Of a stretch of DNA of 36,303 nt, positions 9,199-18,200 are shown piece after piece. How positions within the stretch are numbered: position 1 is the stretch's first letter; each line of letters begins with the position of its first letter. The DNA is taken from assembly GCA_937942965.1 (NCBI GenBank), contig CALDGN010000114.1, positions 1 to 36,303 of the forward strand. Direction: 5' to 3'. The stretch comes from an uncultured Acidimicrobiales bacterium (lineage in GTDB: Bacteria; Actinomycetota; Acidimicrobiia; Acidimicrobiales; UBA10347). The position numbers and the translations under genes were made by a program. A model generated the notes under the pieces. It did not search any database, was not told where the DNA came from, and saw only the letters and a program-made list of their open reading frames with translations.

Positions 9199-10887
9199 CT
9201 ACTCCGACGATACGACGAAGCCCTCGGTGGCGCCGTCGTGCACGACCGGCATTGGGATGCTCGGCGGCGACACCTGGTACCGGTTGTGCAACAGGGCGAG
9301 TGCTTCAACCTGTGGCACCGCTGGCGAGAACAGATAACCCTGGGCCTCGTTGCATCCGGCGTTGACCAAGAGCGCAACTTCGCTCTCGTTCTCGACGCCT
9401 TCGGCAACGATGTGCAGGTCGAGCGTGTCGGCGAGTTCGACGATCGATCGGACGATGACCTCGTCGCGCCGATCCTGCAGGGCTTGCGACACGAAGTGCC
9501 GGTCGATCTTGACCTCGCTGATCGGCAGATCGACGAGTCGAGCGAGCGAGGAGTAGCCGGTCCCGAAGTCATCGATTGAAATCTGCACGCCAAGTTCGGA
9601 GAGTCGAGCGAGCACCCGTGAGTTCTGGCCCGCCTCGTCCATGATGTCGACTTCGGTGATCTCGATAATCAGCAGGTGCGCAGCCAGCCCGTACTCGCGG
9701 AGCAAGTGGGCGGTTCGGTCGGGCAACGTGTTGTCGAACAGCGATCGGGCCGACAGGTTCACCGCGACCGGCACGGCATTTCCCGCGTCTCGGCATTGCA
9801 CGGCGAACTGCACGCCGACCTCGATGATGCGGTCCGCGAACGCCTGGCTCTCGTCACTCAGGGTCACGAGGTGGATGAAACGATCGGGGCTCAACAAGCC
9901 AAGCGACGGGTGGTTCCAGCGAGACAGCGCCTCGAAGCCGGTCACCTTGCCCGTCGCAAGCTCAACTTTGGGCTGGTAGTGGAGCACGAACTCATCGCCA
10001 GCGAGCGCCGTCTTGAGCGAGGCCGAGAGAGTGACTTCTTCGAGCGGCGTTTGTTCGATCTCGTTGCTGAAACGTTCGATCGTGCGTCCCCGCCGCTTCG
10101 CCTCGTACATGGCGATGTCGGCATGGCGCATGAGCGATTGCACGTCGTAGCCGTGCGAAGGAGCGAGCGCGATGCCGCATGAAATCGTCGTGCTGATCGA
10201 CATGCCGCTCAGACGCATCGTGCGACTGATTGCGGTCGCGATCTTGTCCGCCAGCTGATGTGAGGACTCGGTGTCAGCGCTACTCGAGATGATGGCGAAT
10301 TCGTCGCCGCCGAGCCGGGCTACGAGATCAGGAGCTTCGACGACTTCGGACAGGCGATTCGCGATGTGCACCAGCACGTCGTCACCAACGGCATGCCCGA
10401 GCGTGTCGTTGATCGTCTTGAACCGGTTGAGGTCCATGATCATGACCGAGAGCGGTGCGCCTTCGGCCAGACGTTCGCGAAGACGCTCGACGTAGTGAGA
10501 GCGGTTCGCCAGACCCGTGAGCGCATCGGTTTCGGCCTGCCGCCGCAGCGCTTGGTGGGCATCTCGGGCACGCAATGCAGTCTCATGGAACTGTTCGTTC
10601 ACATAGGACGCTGCGCCCATCAGGATGAGGGCAACCAACAGCGACGCTTGCCAAGCCGTCGGCTGGGAAATCAACGCGAACGAGCCCAGCAACGCCAGCG
10701 CAGGCACGGTCATCAGGAACACCATGTGGCGCGAATGCCAGATGCCGAGCCAGAACGTCACGGCCACCATCAGCAGCACCGAGACGGGCCAAACGTTCGG
10801 GATGAGACCAGACAGGACCACACATGCGAGCGCGGGAATCGCAAAACGCGAGCGCACGGTGCGCTTTTGTGGCCAGGGTCCCTTCAC
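9199..10887 (-). CDS. Membrane-anchored GGDEF-EAL diguanylate cyclase/phosphodiesterase
   Basis: N-terminal TM helices; DALTGLANR, DLNRFKTINDTLGHAVGD, RLGGDEF; HYQPKV, FEALSRW, IEITE, DDFGTGYSS, AEGVE, QGYLFS. Confidence 0.95.
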   Translation of the reverse strand: MKGPWPQKRTVRSRFAIPALACVVLSGLIPNVWPVSVLLMVAVTFWLGIWHSRHMVFLMTVPALALLGSFALISQPTAWQASLLVALILMGAASYVNEQFHETALRARDAHQALRRQAETDALTGLANRSHYVERLRERLAEGAPLSVMIMDLNRFKTINDTLGHAVGDDVLVHIANRLSEVVEAPDLVARLGGDEFAIISSSADTESSHQLADKIATAISRTMRLSGMSISTTISCGIALAPSHGYDVQSLMRHADIAMYEAKRRGRTIERFSNEIEQTPLEEVTLSASLKTALAGDEFVLHYQPKVELATGKVTGFEALSRWNHPSLGLLSPDRFIHLVTLSDESQAFADRIIEVGVQFAVQCRDAGNAVPVAVNLSARSLFDNTLPDRTAHLLREYGLAAHLLIIEITEVDIMDEAGQNSRVLARLSELGVQISIDDFGTGYSSLARLVDLPISEVKIDRHFVSQALQDRRDEVIVRSIVELADTLDLHIVAEGVENESEVALLVNAGCNEAQGYLFSPAVPQVEALALLHNRYQVSPPSIPMPVVHDGATEGFVVSSE

Positions 10888-11002
10888 CTGCCCAAATTCG
10901 GCCGCGCGGAAGGTGATTTAAGCAGTTCGTGCCCCGGGTAGGAATGGTGGGCCGAGCGACAGGGGCCACCCGGCTCAGCTCAACCGAGTGAGGGCGGGAA
11001 GA

Positions 11003-11479
11003 TCAGCCCGCCTCGGCCTGACGCACACGCTGCGTGACATCGTCGAACACAATTGCGACGGCGCCATCTTCGAGCGGCGTGATGGCGAGGTCGACGATCT
11101 GGCCCGCAGCAGCTGCACCTGGCACAGGCACGGCTTCTTGCAGATGCTCTTGCCCGGTAAGCGAGACGAGCAACGCCAGATTGAAGAGGCCCGAGTCACG
11201 CATGCCAGCTTCGGCCGACGCTGCAGGATCGACGTGATCACCGAGTCGGCCGTAATAGGTGGCTGCGATGTCGTTGACCATGGACACCCGAAGCGTCGCA
11301 TCGCTTCCGACCGGCTCCAGCACGGCGACGCCGGTCGTAATCAGGCCAAGAATCGTCTCGCACTGATGCAGGCGCCGGCGAAGTTCCGACTCGTCGGCGG
11401 GCGCGTCACTCCAGGTGATTTCCTCATCCATGTGGTCCAAGACGTGTCGCAGCCGCATTAGTCGCGCGATTTCGTACAT
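11003..11479 (-). CDS. Small stand-alone PAS-like domain protein
   Basis: TGVAVL...VSMVN pattern and C-terminal PAC-like VAIVFDDVTQR; start uncertain. Confidence 0.6.
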   Translation of the reverse strand: MYEIARLMRLRHVLDHMDEEITWSDAPADESELRRRLHQCETILGLITTGVAVLEPVGSDATLRVSMVNDIAATYYGRLGDHVDPAASAEAGMRDSGLFNLALLVSLTGQEHLQEAVPVPGAAAAGQIVDLAITPLEDGAVAIVFDDVTQRVRQAEAG

Positions 11480-11556
11480 TTATCCCATTCCGGGTTCGCG
11501 GCGCGTTGACGTGACAACACAGTCGTCATGTTTTGACCCTTGGGTCCAGGTCACCA

Positions 11557-12762
11557 TCAATCAGGCAGGAGAGGCACCGATCGAGCCGCTCGACCGAGAA
11601 GGCGGGCCCGATCGATCGCGTCATTGCCAAATCGGTCGCGAATCGCGTCGACGGCGCCATCAAGCTCACGCGGCGGGCCGTCAAACGGCAGGGCCAACTG
11701 CACCGCCGATGCGTCACCGAGATTCGTCAGCGACAGCCCGATGCGGGTGAGCCCACGCTCTTCGCACGCGTCCCAGTTTCCGGCCAGCAACAAGCGAGCA
11801 GCCTGGAGGATGGGATCGGTCGCTGCGGTTGCTTGCGCGAACGTGTGCGACCGCGTGGCCGCGGTGAAGTCGCCGTAGCGGAAGCGCACGACAACGGTCC
11901 GCGCAACTCGGTCAGCGGCCCGCAGCCGCTGAGCAACTCGATCGACGATCTCTAACAGCACGGTCTCGGACTCGGCCCGGTCCAAGCGACTGCGAGGGAA
12001 CGAGCGCTGCGAGCCAATGGATCGACGCCGACGGTTCGTTTCGATCCGGCGAGGATCCCGGTTCGAGCTGAGCGCGTGGAGGTGATGGCCTGCGCCTCGC
12101 CCAACGAGTCCGGCGAGTCGGTCCGGGTCGACTTCGGCGACATCGCCAACGGTGCGGATGCCTTTGGCGCGCAGCTTCTCGGCCGTGACCGGACCGACAC
12201 CCCAGAGACGCTCGACCGGCAACGGATGCAAGAACTCGAGTTCACTGCCCGGTTCAACGACGAGCAAGCCGTCGGGTTTGGAGACCGTGCTTGCGACCTT
12301 GGCCAGGAACTTGGTCGTTGCGCATCCGACGCTGATCGGAAGCCCGACCTCGTCCAACACGCGGCGACGCAGTCGTTCGGCCACGATGCGGCCTGGTCCG
12401 ACGAGTCGGTGCAAGCCGGTCACATCGAGAAAGGCCTCGTCGATCGATAGCCCTTCGACCTCGGGGGTCGTATCGCGGAAGATCTCGAACACGTCAGCGC
12501 TCGCCGCCGAGTACGCGTCCATGCGGGGCGGGACTTCGACGATGGTCGGACACAAACGGCGGGCCTGCCCCGTCGACATTGCGGTGCGCACGCCCACTCG
12601 GCGCGCCTCGTAACTGGCGGACAGCACGACTCCGCCACCGACCATCATCGGTATGTCGCGTAGCGCCGGGTCGTCTCGCTGCTCGACCGATGCATAGAAC
12701 GCATCGAGGTCCGCATGCAGGATCGTGGCGGTCCTGTCTTGCGACAGCAGGGTCGACGTCAT
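11557..12762 (-). CDS. dinB: DNA polymerase IV (Y family)
   Basis: ILHADLDAFYASVEQ, SASYEAR, SIDEAFLDV, KFLAKVAS, KPDG, LWGVGP and RSIGSQRSF. Start placed at ATG 12762 from promoter geometry. Confidence 0.95.
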   Translation of the reverse strand: MTSTLLSQDRTATILHADLDAFYASVEQRDDPALRDIPMMVGGGVVLSASYEARRVGVRTAMSTGQARRLCPTIVEVPPRMDAYSAASADVFEIFRDTTPEVEGLSIDEAFLDVTGLHRLVGPGRIVAERLRRRVLDEVGLPISVGCATTKFLAKVASTVSKPDGLLVVEPGSELEFLHPLPVERLWGVGPVTAEKLRAKGIRTVGDVAEVDPDRLAGLVGRGAGHHLHALSSNRDPRRIETNRRRRSIGSQRSFPRSRLDRAESETVLLEIVDRVAQRLRAADRVARTVVVRFRYGDFTAATRSHTFAQATAATDPILQAARLLLAGNWDACEERGLTRIGLSLTNLGDASAVQLALPFDGPPRELDGAVDAIRDRFGNDAIDRARLLGRAARSVPLLPD

Positions 12763-12777
12763 CGAACACATGTTCGC
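12762..12777. promoter_or_regulatory. LexA (SOS) operator overlapping the dinB -10 element and start
   Basis: TCGAAC-ACAT-GTTCGC versus actinobacterial consensus TCGAAC-N4-GTTCGA; minus strand TTGACC-17 nt-GAACAT-7 nt-ATG. Confidence 0.85.
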
Positions 12778-12856
12778 ATCGGACGGGCTAAAGGTCAACC
12801 GGTCCACCGACACCCGACATTCCAACGGAGCCAAGACGCCGTGCCAGGATGCCGAG

Positions 12857-13786
12857 ATGCGCATTCTTGTCACCGGCGGCACCGGATTCATCGGCGCCGA
12901 GATCGTCCGCCGTCTCACCCACCAAGACCACGACGTCGTGGTCGCCCACCGATCGGGCAACTTCAGTCGCATCGAAGACGTGCTTGACCGAGTCACCACG
13001 GTCCAAGCCGACCTCGGCGACAATGACGCCGTGACCGCGCTCGTCACCGACGTTGCCCCCGAGATCATCCATCACTTCGGCGCGACACTCACCGGCCCAG
13101 GCGAGGCCGACCCGCCCTCGCTCCTGCGGTCGAATGTCGATGGCGTGATCACGCTGTTCGACGCAGCGCGCACTGCCGGGACACGACAGGTGATCTTCGC
13201 GAGCAGCATCGGCACCTATGGGCGCGACCTCGTTCCCGGCGAGCCGGTGCATGACCTCAGCCTGCAGCGACCAACGAGCGTCTACGGCGTGACCAAGGTC
13301 TTCGCTGAGAATCTTGGCGCCTGGTATCGCCAGCGGTACGGGCTCGACTACCGAGGGATCCGCTACCCGTCGATCGTCGGGCCGGGTGTCACCACGAAGA
13401 GCGTCGCCCAATACACGAGCTGGATGATCGAAGCAGCCGGCCGAGGCGAGGCGTTCGATGCCTGGGTTGGGCCCGAGGCCGTGGTCCCGATCCTGTATTA
13501 CAAGGATGCCGCCCAAGCTGCGATCGACCTGTCGAACGCGCCGATCGAAGACATCGCGTCGATGAACTATCTCGTTGACGGCCCTCGACCAACGCCGACC
13601 GCGGGACAACTGGCAGAAGCAGTCGTCGCGGCGCTGCCCGCGGCGGAGATTCGATTCGACAACTCGCCCGACACCCCGCCGCGCCACCTGGTGATTGACG
13701 ACGCGGTCGCTCGCAAGGAATGGGCCTGGGCTCCGAGCTACGGCCTCGAGGCGATGATCGAAGACTTCTTGCGCGAGATGGCGTAG
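12857..13786 (+). CDS. NAD-dependent epimerase/dehydratase (extended SDR), resembling SDR-type L-threonine 3-dehydrogenases
   Basis: ILVTGGTGFIG, FASSIGTYG, catalytic YGVTK and GLDYRGIRYPSIVG; CAGGAT lies 6 nt before the ATG. Confidence 0.88.
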   Translation: MRILVTGGTGFIGAEIVRRLTHQDHDVVVAHRSGNFSRIEDVLDRVTTVQADLGDNDAVTALVTDVAPEIIHHFGATLTGPGEADPPSLLRSNVDGVITLFDAARTAGTRQVIFASSIGTYGRDLVPGEPVHDLSLQRPTSVYGVTKVFAENLGAWYRQRYGLDYRGIRYPSIVGPGVTTKSVAQYTSWMIEAAGRGEAFDAWVGPEAVVPILYYKDAAQAAIDLSNAPIEDIASMNYLVDGPRPTPTAGQLAEAVVAALPAAEIRFDNSPDTPPRHLVIDDAVARKEWAWAPSYGLEAMIEDFLREMA

Positions 13787-13910
13787 CCAATCAACGGGCT
13801 GGCGAGCACCTCACCGCCCGCACCCCACACGAGAGAAATTTCTCACCGGCTGGACATGGCGACGTACATGGTCGTAGGTTCTGTCCGGTTGCGAGCCACC
13901 GGGGTACCGC

Positions 13911-15203
13911 ATGTCCGAGTTGAGCCACCACCACCCAACATCGATTGACGATGTTGCGCGTGCGCTCGAAGCCCGAGAATTTGAGCTCTGGTTCCAGCCC
14001 AAGGTGCGGCTGCGCGATCAAGTAATCACCGGCGCTGAGGGTCTCGCTCGCTGGATCCACCCCGAGCGCGGTGTGCTGGCACCCCATCACTTCCTTGACG
14101 CGTTGCGCAACGCCGAACTGCTCGACCAGTTCACGAACCAGATGATTGAGCAGGCGGTCGCGTTCGCGGGCGATGCCGTACGACTCGACCGCGAGATCGA
14201 AGTCGCCGTCAATCTCGGACCACGCAGCTTCCTTGTTCCAGGCCTGGCCGAGTACATCGACTCGCTCCTCGACATCCACCAAGTCCCCGCACGTCGACTG
14301 GTTGTCGAAATCACTGAAGAGGATTTGCTCGAAGACGGCCCCGAGGCTGCGGGCGCCTTCGAAGCGCTCGGACGCCTCGGCGTTCGCCTGGCGATCGACG
14401 ACTTCGGCACTGGCTATTCGTCCTTGGCCCGGCTGCGACGACTGCCCGTCGACGAGCTGAAGATCGACCAAGAGTTTGTCGGCGCCCTCGGGACCGACAA
14501 CGAAGACATGGTGATCGTTCGGACCATCATCGAACTCGCACGCTTGCTGAACCACGCAACGGTTGCCGAAGGAATCGAAACTGTCGAGCAACTTGAGCTG
14601 CTTCGCAGTCTTGGCTGTGCCGACGGGCAGGGCTGGCTGTTCGCCAAACCCATGCCCCGCCACCAAGCGGTCGCCTTGATCTCGACGACCGACCGGCTTG
14701 TCCCCAAGCACATCGAGCCCTCCGGCACGGACTTCCGCAATCGCCTCGCTATCACGAGCTTGTTCGCAGCCGGCGAATGGGGCCAGGACGGCATTCGGTT
14801 GCACGCCGCTTCACAGGAGCTGAGCGATGCGCTCATCACCGATCGACAGCAGCTCGAAATGATGACCGCACTGCTCGACATCGTTCCTTGCTGTGCATTC
14901 ATCAAGGACGAACAGGCGCGGTTCGTGCAGGCCAATGCCCAGGCTCGAGCCGTGATGGGCGTCGAATCAATCGACGCGATCGTCGGGCGCACCGACTTCG
15001 ACGTGTACCCGTTCGACGACGCGCTGCGCTACCAGGCTGACGACCTCCATGTGCTGACGACGGGCAAGCCGATCATGGAGCGAGCCGAGCGCCACACGCG
15101 TCCCGACGGTTCCTATGGGTTGATGCAGACATCCAAGGTGCCGGTGCGTAACAGCAGCGGCGAGATCATCGGCTTGGCCGGGTTCTCGTCTGACCTCAGC
15201 TGA
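13911..15203 (+). CDS. EAL-domain c-di-GMP phosphodiesterase with a C-terminal PAS domain
   Basis: FQPKV, AEGLARW (EAL variant), VEITE, DDFGTGYSS, ELKID, AEGIE, QGWLFAKP; then PAS-type FIKDEQARFVQAN...GRTDFD...KVPVRNSSGEIIGLAGFSSD. Confidence 0.92.
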   Translation: MSELSHHHPTSIDDVARALEAREFELWFQPKVRLRDQVITGAEGLARWIHPERGVLAPHHFLDALRNAELLDQFTNQMIEQAVAFAGDAVRLDREIEVAVNLGPRSFLVPGLAEYIDSLLDIHQVPARRLVVEITEEDLLEDGPEAAGAFEALGRLGVRLAIDDFGTGYSSLARLRRLPVDELKIDQEFVGALGTDNEDMVIVRTIIELARLLNHATVAEGIETVEQLELLRSLGCADGQGWLFAKPMPRHQAVALISTTDRLVPKHIEPSGTDFRNRLAITSLFAAGEWGQDGIRLHAASQELSDALITDRQQLEMMTALLDIVPCCAFIKDEQARFVQANAQARAVMGVESIDAIVGRTDFDVYPFDDALRYQADDLHVLTTGKPIMERAERHTRPDGSYGLMQTSKVPVRNSSGEIIGLAGFSSDLS

Positions 15204-18200
15204 CCTCGTCGTCACGGCGTCGTCGGCGATCGTTGATCACCAGCGCACCACCAGCCAAGAAGAACAGGCTGGAGATGGCGATAGCCAAGTTTGCTTGACC
15301 ACCGGTGAGCGCAAGCGACGTTGGTGGCGCTTCGTCGGCGACCTGTGGGTTCGGCGGAGCATCGGTGTCGGGAGCGTTCGTGATGTTCGGGAACTCAAGC
15401 GGGACTGCTCGCGGAACGGCAGGCGTCAGCGGCGGCGGCGTGACCACCGTGACCTCGTCCTCGTTGTCGGCAGGCGCAACGTCGATGATTCCGGCCGGAG
15501 GCGTGACCGACACGACGTAGGTGAGTTCAGCATCGGGGCTCGTCACGACGGCGTTGACCACGATCGTGATCGACGATCCGGCGGTGAGGTCGAGTGAGAG
15601 ATCCAACCCGCCGTCGCCATCACCGTCGCCGCAACCGGCGAGGCCGACGATTTCGCCGCAGACCCACGACACCTGGCTGACGCCTTCGGGGAGTTGGTCG
15701 AACACCTGGGCGTTCGAGACGTCGCTCGGACCGTTGTTCGTGATGACCAGTTCCCAGCTGATGGTGTCGCCGACTTCGGGCACCTCGTCGCTGACGGTCA
15801 CATCGATCGCTAGGTCAACTTCACCCAGCGTCGCATTCGTGTCGATTGCGGTGTTGTCGCCAGGGGCGGGATCGACCGCATTCGGGCCCGGCTCGACCTG
15901 CACCGTGTTTGCCACACCGTCGGTCGCACTGGAGCGCACGGTTGCGTCAAGGACGATCGTGACCGAGGTGCCGGATGCCAGATCCACGGTGCCGAGCACC
16001 TGGCCATCGACGATCTCAACCGCACACGCTCCTGCGGCCGGAAGTGCGCCACAGGCAACGCTCACGTCGGTGATCGCCTCGGGGATGGTGTCGATGATCG
16101 TGGCACCGACTGCGTCGGACGGGCCATCGTTGGTCACGGTGATCGTGTAGACGATCGGCTGACCAGCCGTCGCTGGGTTCGGAGCTGACGTCTTGGTCAC
16201 GCTCAGATCGGTCGAGCGAATGACGGGGACCTCGACCGAGGTGCCTTCGTTGTTGGTCGGATCCGGATCGTCGGTCGGCGATGTGGCGGTCGCTCGGTTC
16301 ACGAGCGGGCTTGGAGCGTTGCCGTCGACGACCGTTTCAAACTCGAGCGCTACGGACGTGCCTGCTGCGATCGTTCCGAGCTGGCAGACGCCGCCCGAGC
16401 ACAGCTCCGGCTCATCGGACAGCGAGAGTCCGGCAGGAAGGGCGTCGGTGAGTTCGACGCCGACGGCGTCGGATGGTCCGTCGTTGCGCACGACCACGGT
16501 CCACGTCATCGTGTCGCCGCCGAGCACCTCGGTGACCGCAGGTCGCTTCTCGACGACGAGGTCGGCCGATGGCGCCGTCGGGGCGACGTCGGTGGCGGTG
16601 TTTCCGGTCAGGTCAGGATCGGTGAATCCGGTCGGTGGCGTGACCGTGGCCGTGTTGGTGATGTCACCAGCGACGGTCGGGTCGATCGTGCCGCTGATCG
16701 TGATCGTGGCCGAGGCGCCTGGAGCGAGGTCTGCCGATGCAGTGACCTCGGCGCCGTTGACCTCGGTCGTGCATGCGTTCGGCGCGTCAGTTGCACAAGA
16801 GGCGCTCGGAGCGAGCACCGCAGCGGGCACGAGGTCGAGTACGCGCACGCCATTGGCTTGCGACGGGCCGTCGTTCGTGACGGTGACGGTGTACGTGACT
16901 GCTTCGCCTGGGACAAGCACGTCGGGCGACGATGACTTCGTCACCGTCAGGTCGGTCTCGCCCAGCGACGGGTTGACGTTGGTGTCGCTGTTATTGCCGG
17001 GCGCAGGGTCGGTTGCACCAGGGCCAACGACGACCGTTGCCGTGTTCTCGAGCGCACCATCGAAGGCTGGATCGATCGTGCCTGCGACCTGGACGCTGAC
17101 CGTCGAGCCTGCGGGGATGTCGAGCGTGAACGCTGCGGGGTCCGATCCATCGACCGAGCACGCAGCGCCCGCAGCGACGTCGGCGCAGCTCGCGATGGCG
17201 TCGAGCACGGCTGCGGGTACTGGATCAGTGACGGTGGCCCCGACTGCATCAGACGGCCCGTTGTTCGTGACGGCGATCGTGTAGACGATGGCTTCGCCCG
17301 AGATGAGCGGATCTGGGGTCGACGACTTCGCAAGCGCGAGGTCGGTGACGAGCGTGACGGGGACAGGCTCGGTCGCCGTGCTGTCGTTCGTCAGGTCAGG
17401 GTCGGGGGTATCGGCTGTGACCGAAGCTTCGTTGACCAGCGAGCCGGTCGTTGACGAGTCGACGAGCGTCTCGAACACGAGGTCGATTTCCTGTCCCGGT
17501 GCGAGCGACGCGATCGAACACACACCGTCGGTGCAGTTCGCCGGCTCGGCAACGAGGGTGACGCCCGCTGGGAGCGTGTCGGTGACCTCGATGCCAGTGG
17601 CAGTCGAAGGACCCGCGTTCGCAACCGTGACTCTCCAGCTGAGGGTTTCACCAGCGACGACGCTGTCGGCGAGCGCGTTCTTCCGCACCGAGAGATCGGC
17701 CGAAAGGGTGACTGGTGTTTCGTCGGTGGCCGAATCGTCGGTCAGGTCAGGGTCCGTCACGCCGATTGGCGGCTCGACCGTGGCGGTGTTGGCGAGTGTG
17801 CCGGTGGCCGCGTCGTCCAGGAGCGCCTCGACGGTGATCGTGGCCGAGGCACCTGGCGCGAGCGCCACGGTTGCGGTCACGGTCTGGGCGACGACGTCGG
17901 CGGAGCACGTGTCGGGGGCTGCGACGGCGCACGATGCGCTCGCATCGCTGAGGGCCGCAGGCAACACGTCAGTCACGATGGCGCCATCTGCGAGCGATGG
18001 GCCGTCGTTGGTCACGACGATCTCGTAGGTCACGGTTTCGCCCGCCACGACATCGCCGATGACGGTCTTGGTGATCGACAGGTCAGCCTCGCCGACCGAT
18101 GGGTTCACGTTGGTGTCGCTGTTGTTGGCGAGCGTCGGATCGGTGTCGTTCGGGCCAGGGGTGACGGTTGCGGTGTTCTCGAGCGAGCCGTCCGAGGCCG

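Noticed and set aside
12763-13068. N-terminal extension of dinB in the ORF track
   Set aside because: Overlaps the divergent SDR gene, the SOS box and the promoter; DinB homology starts near ILHAD.
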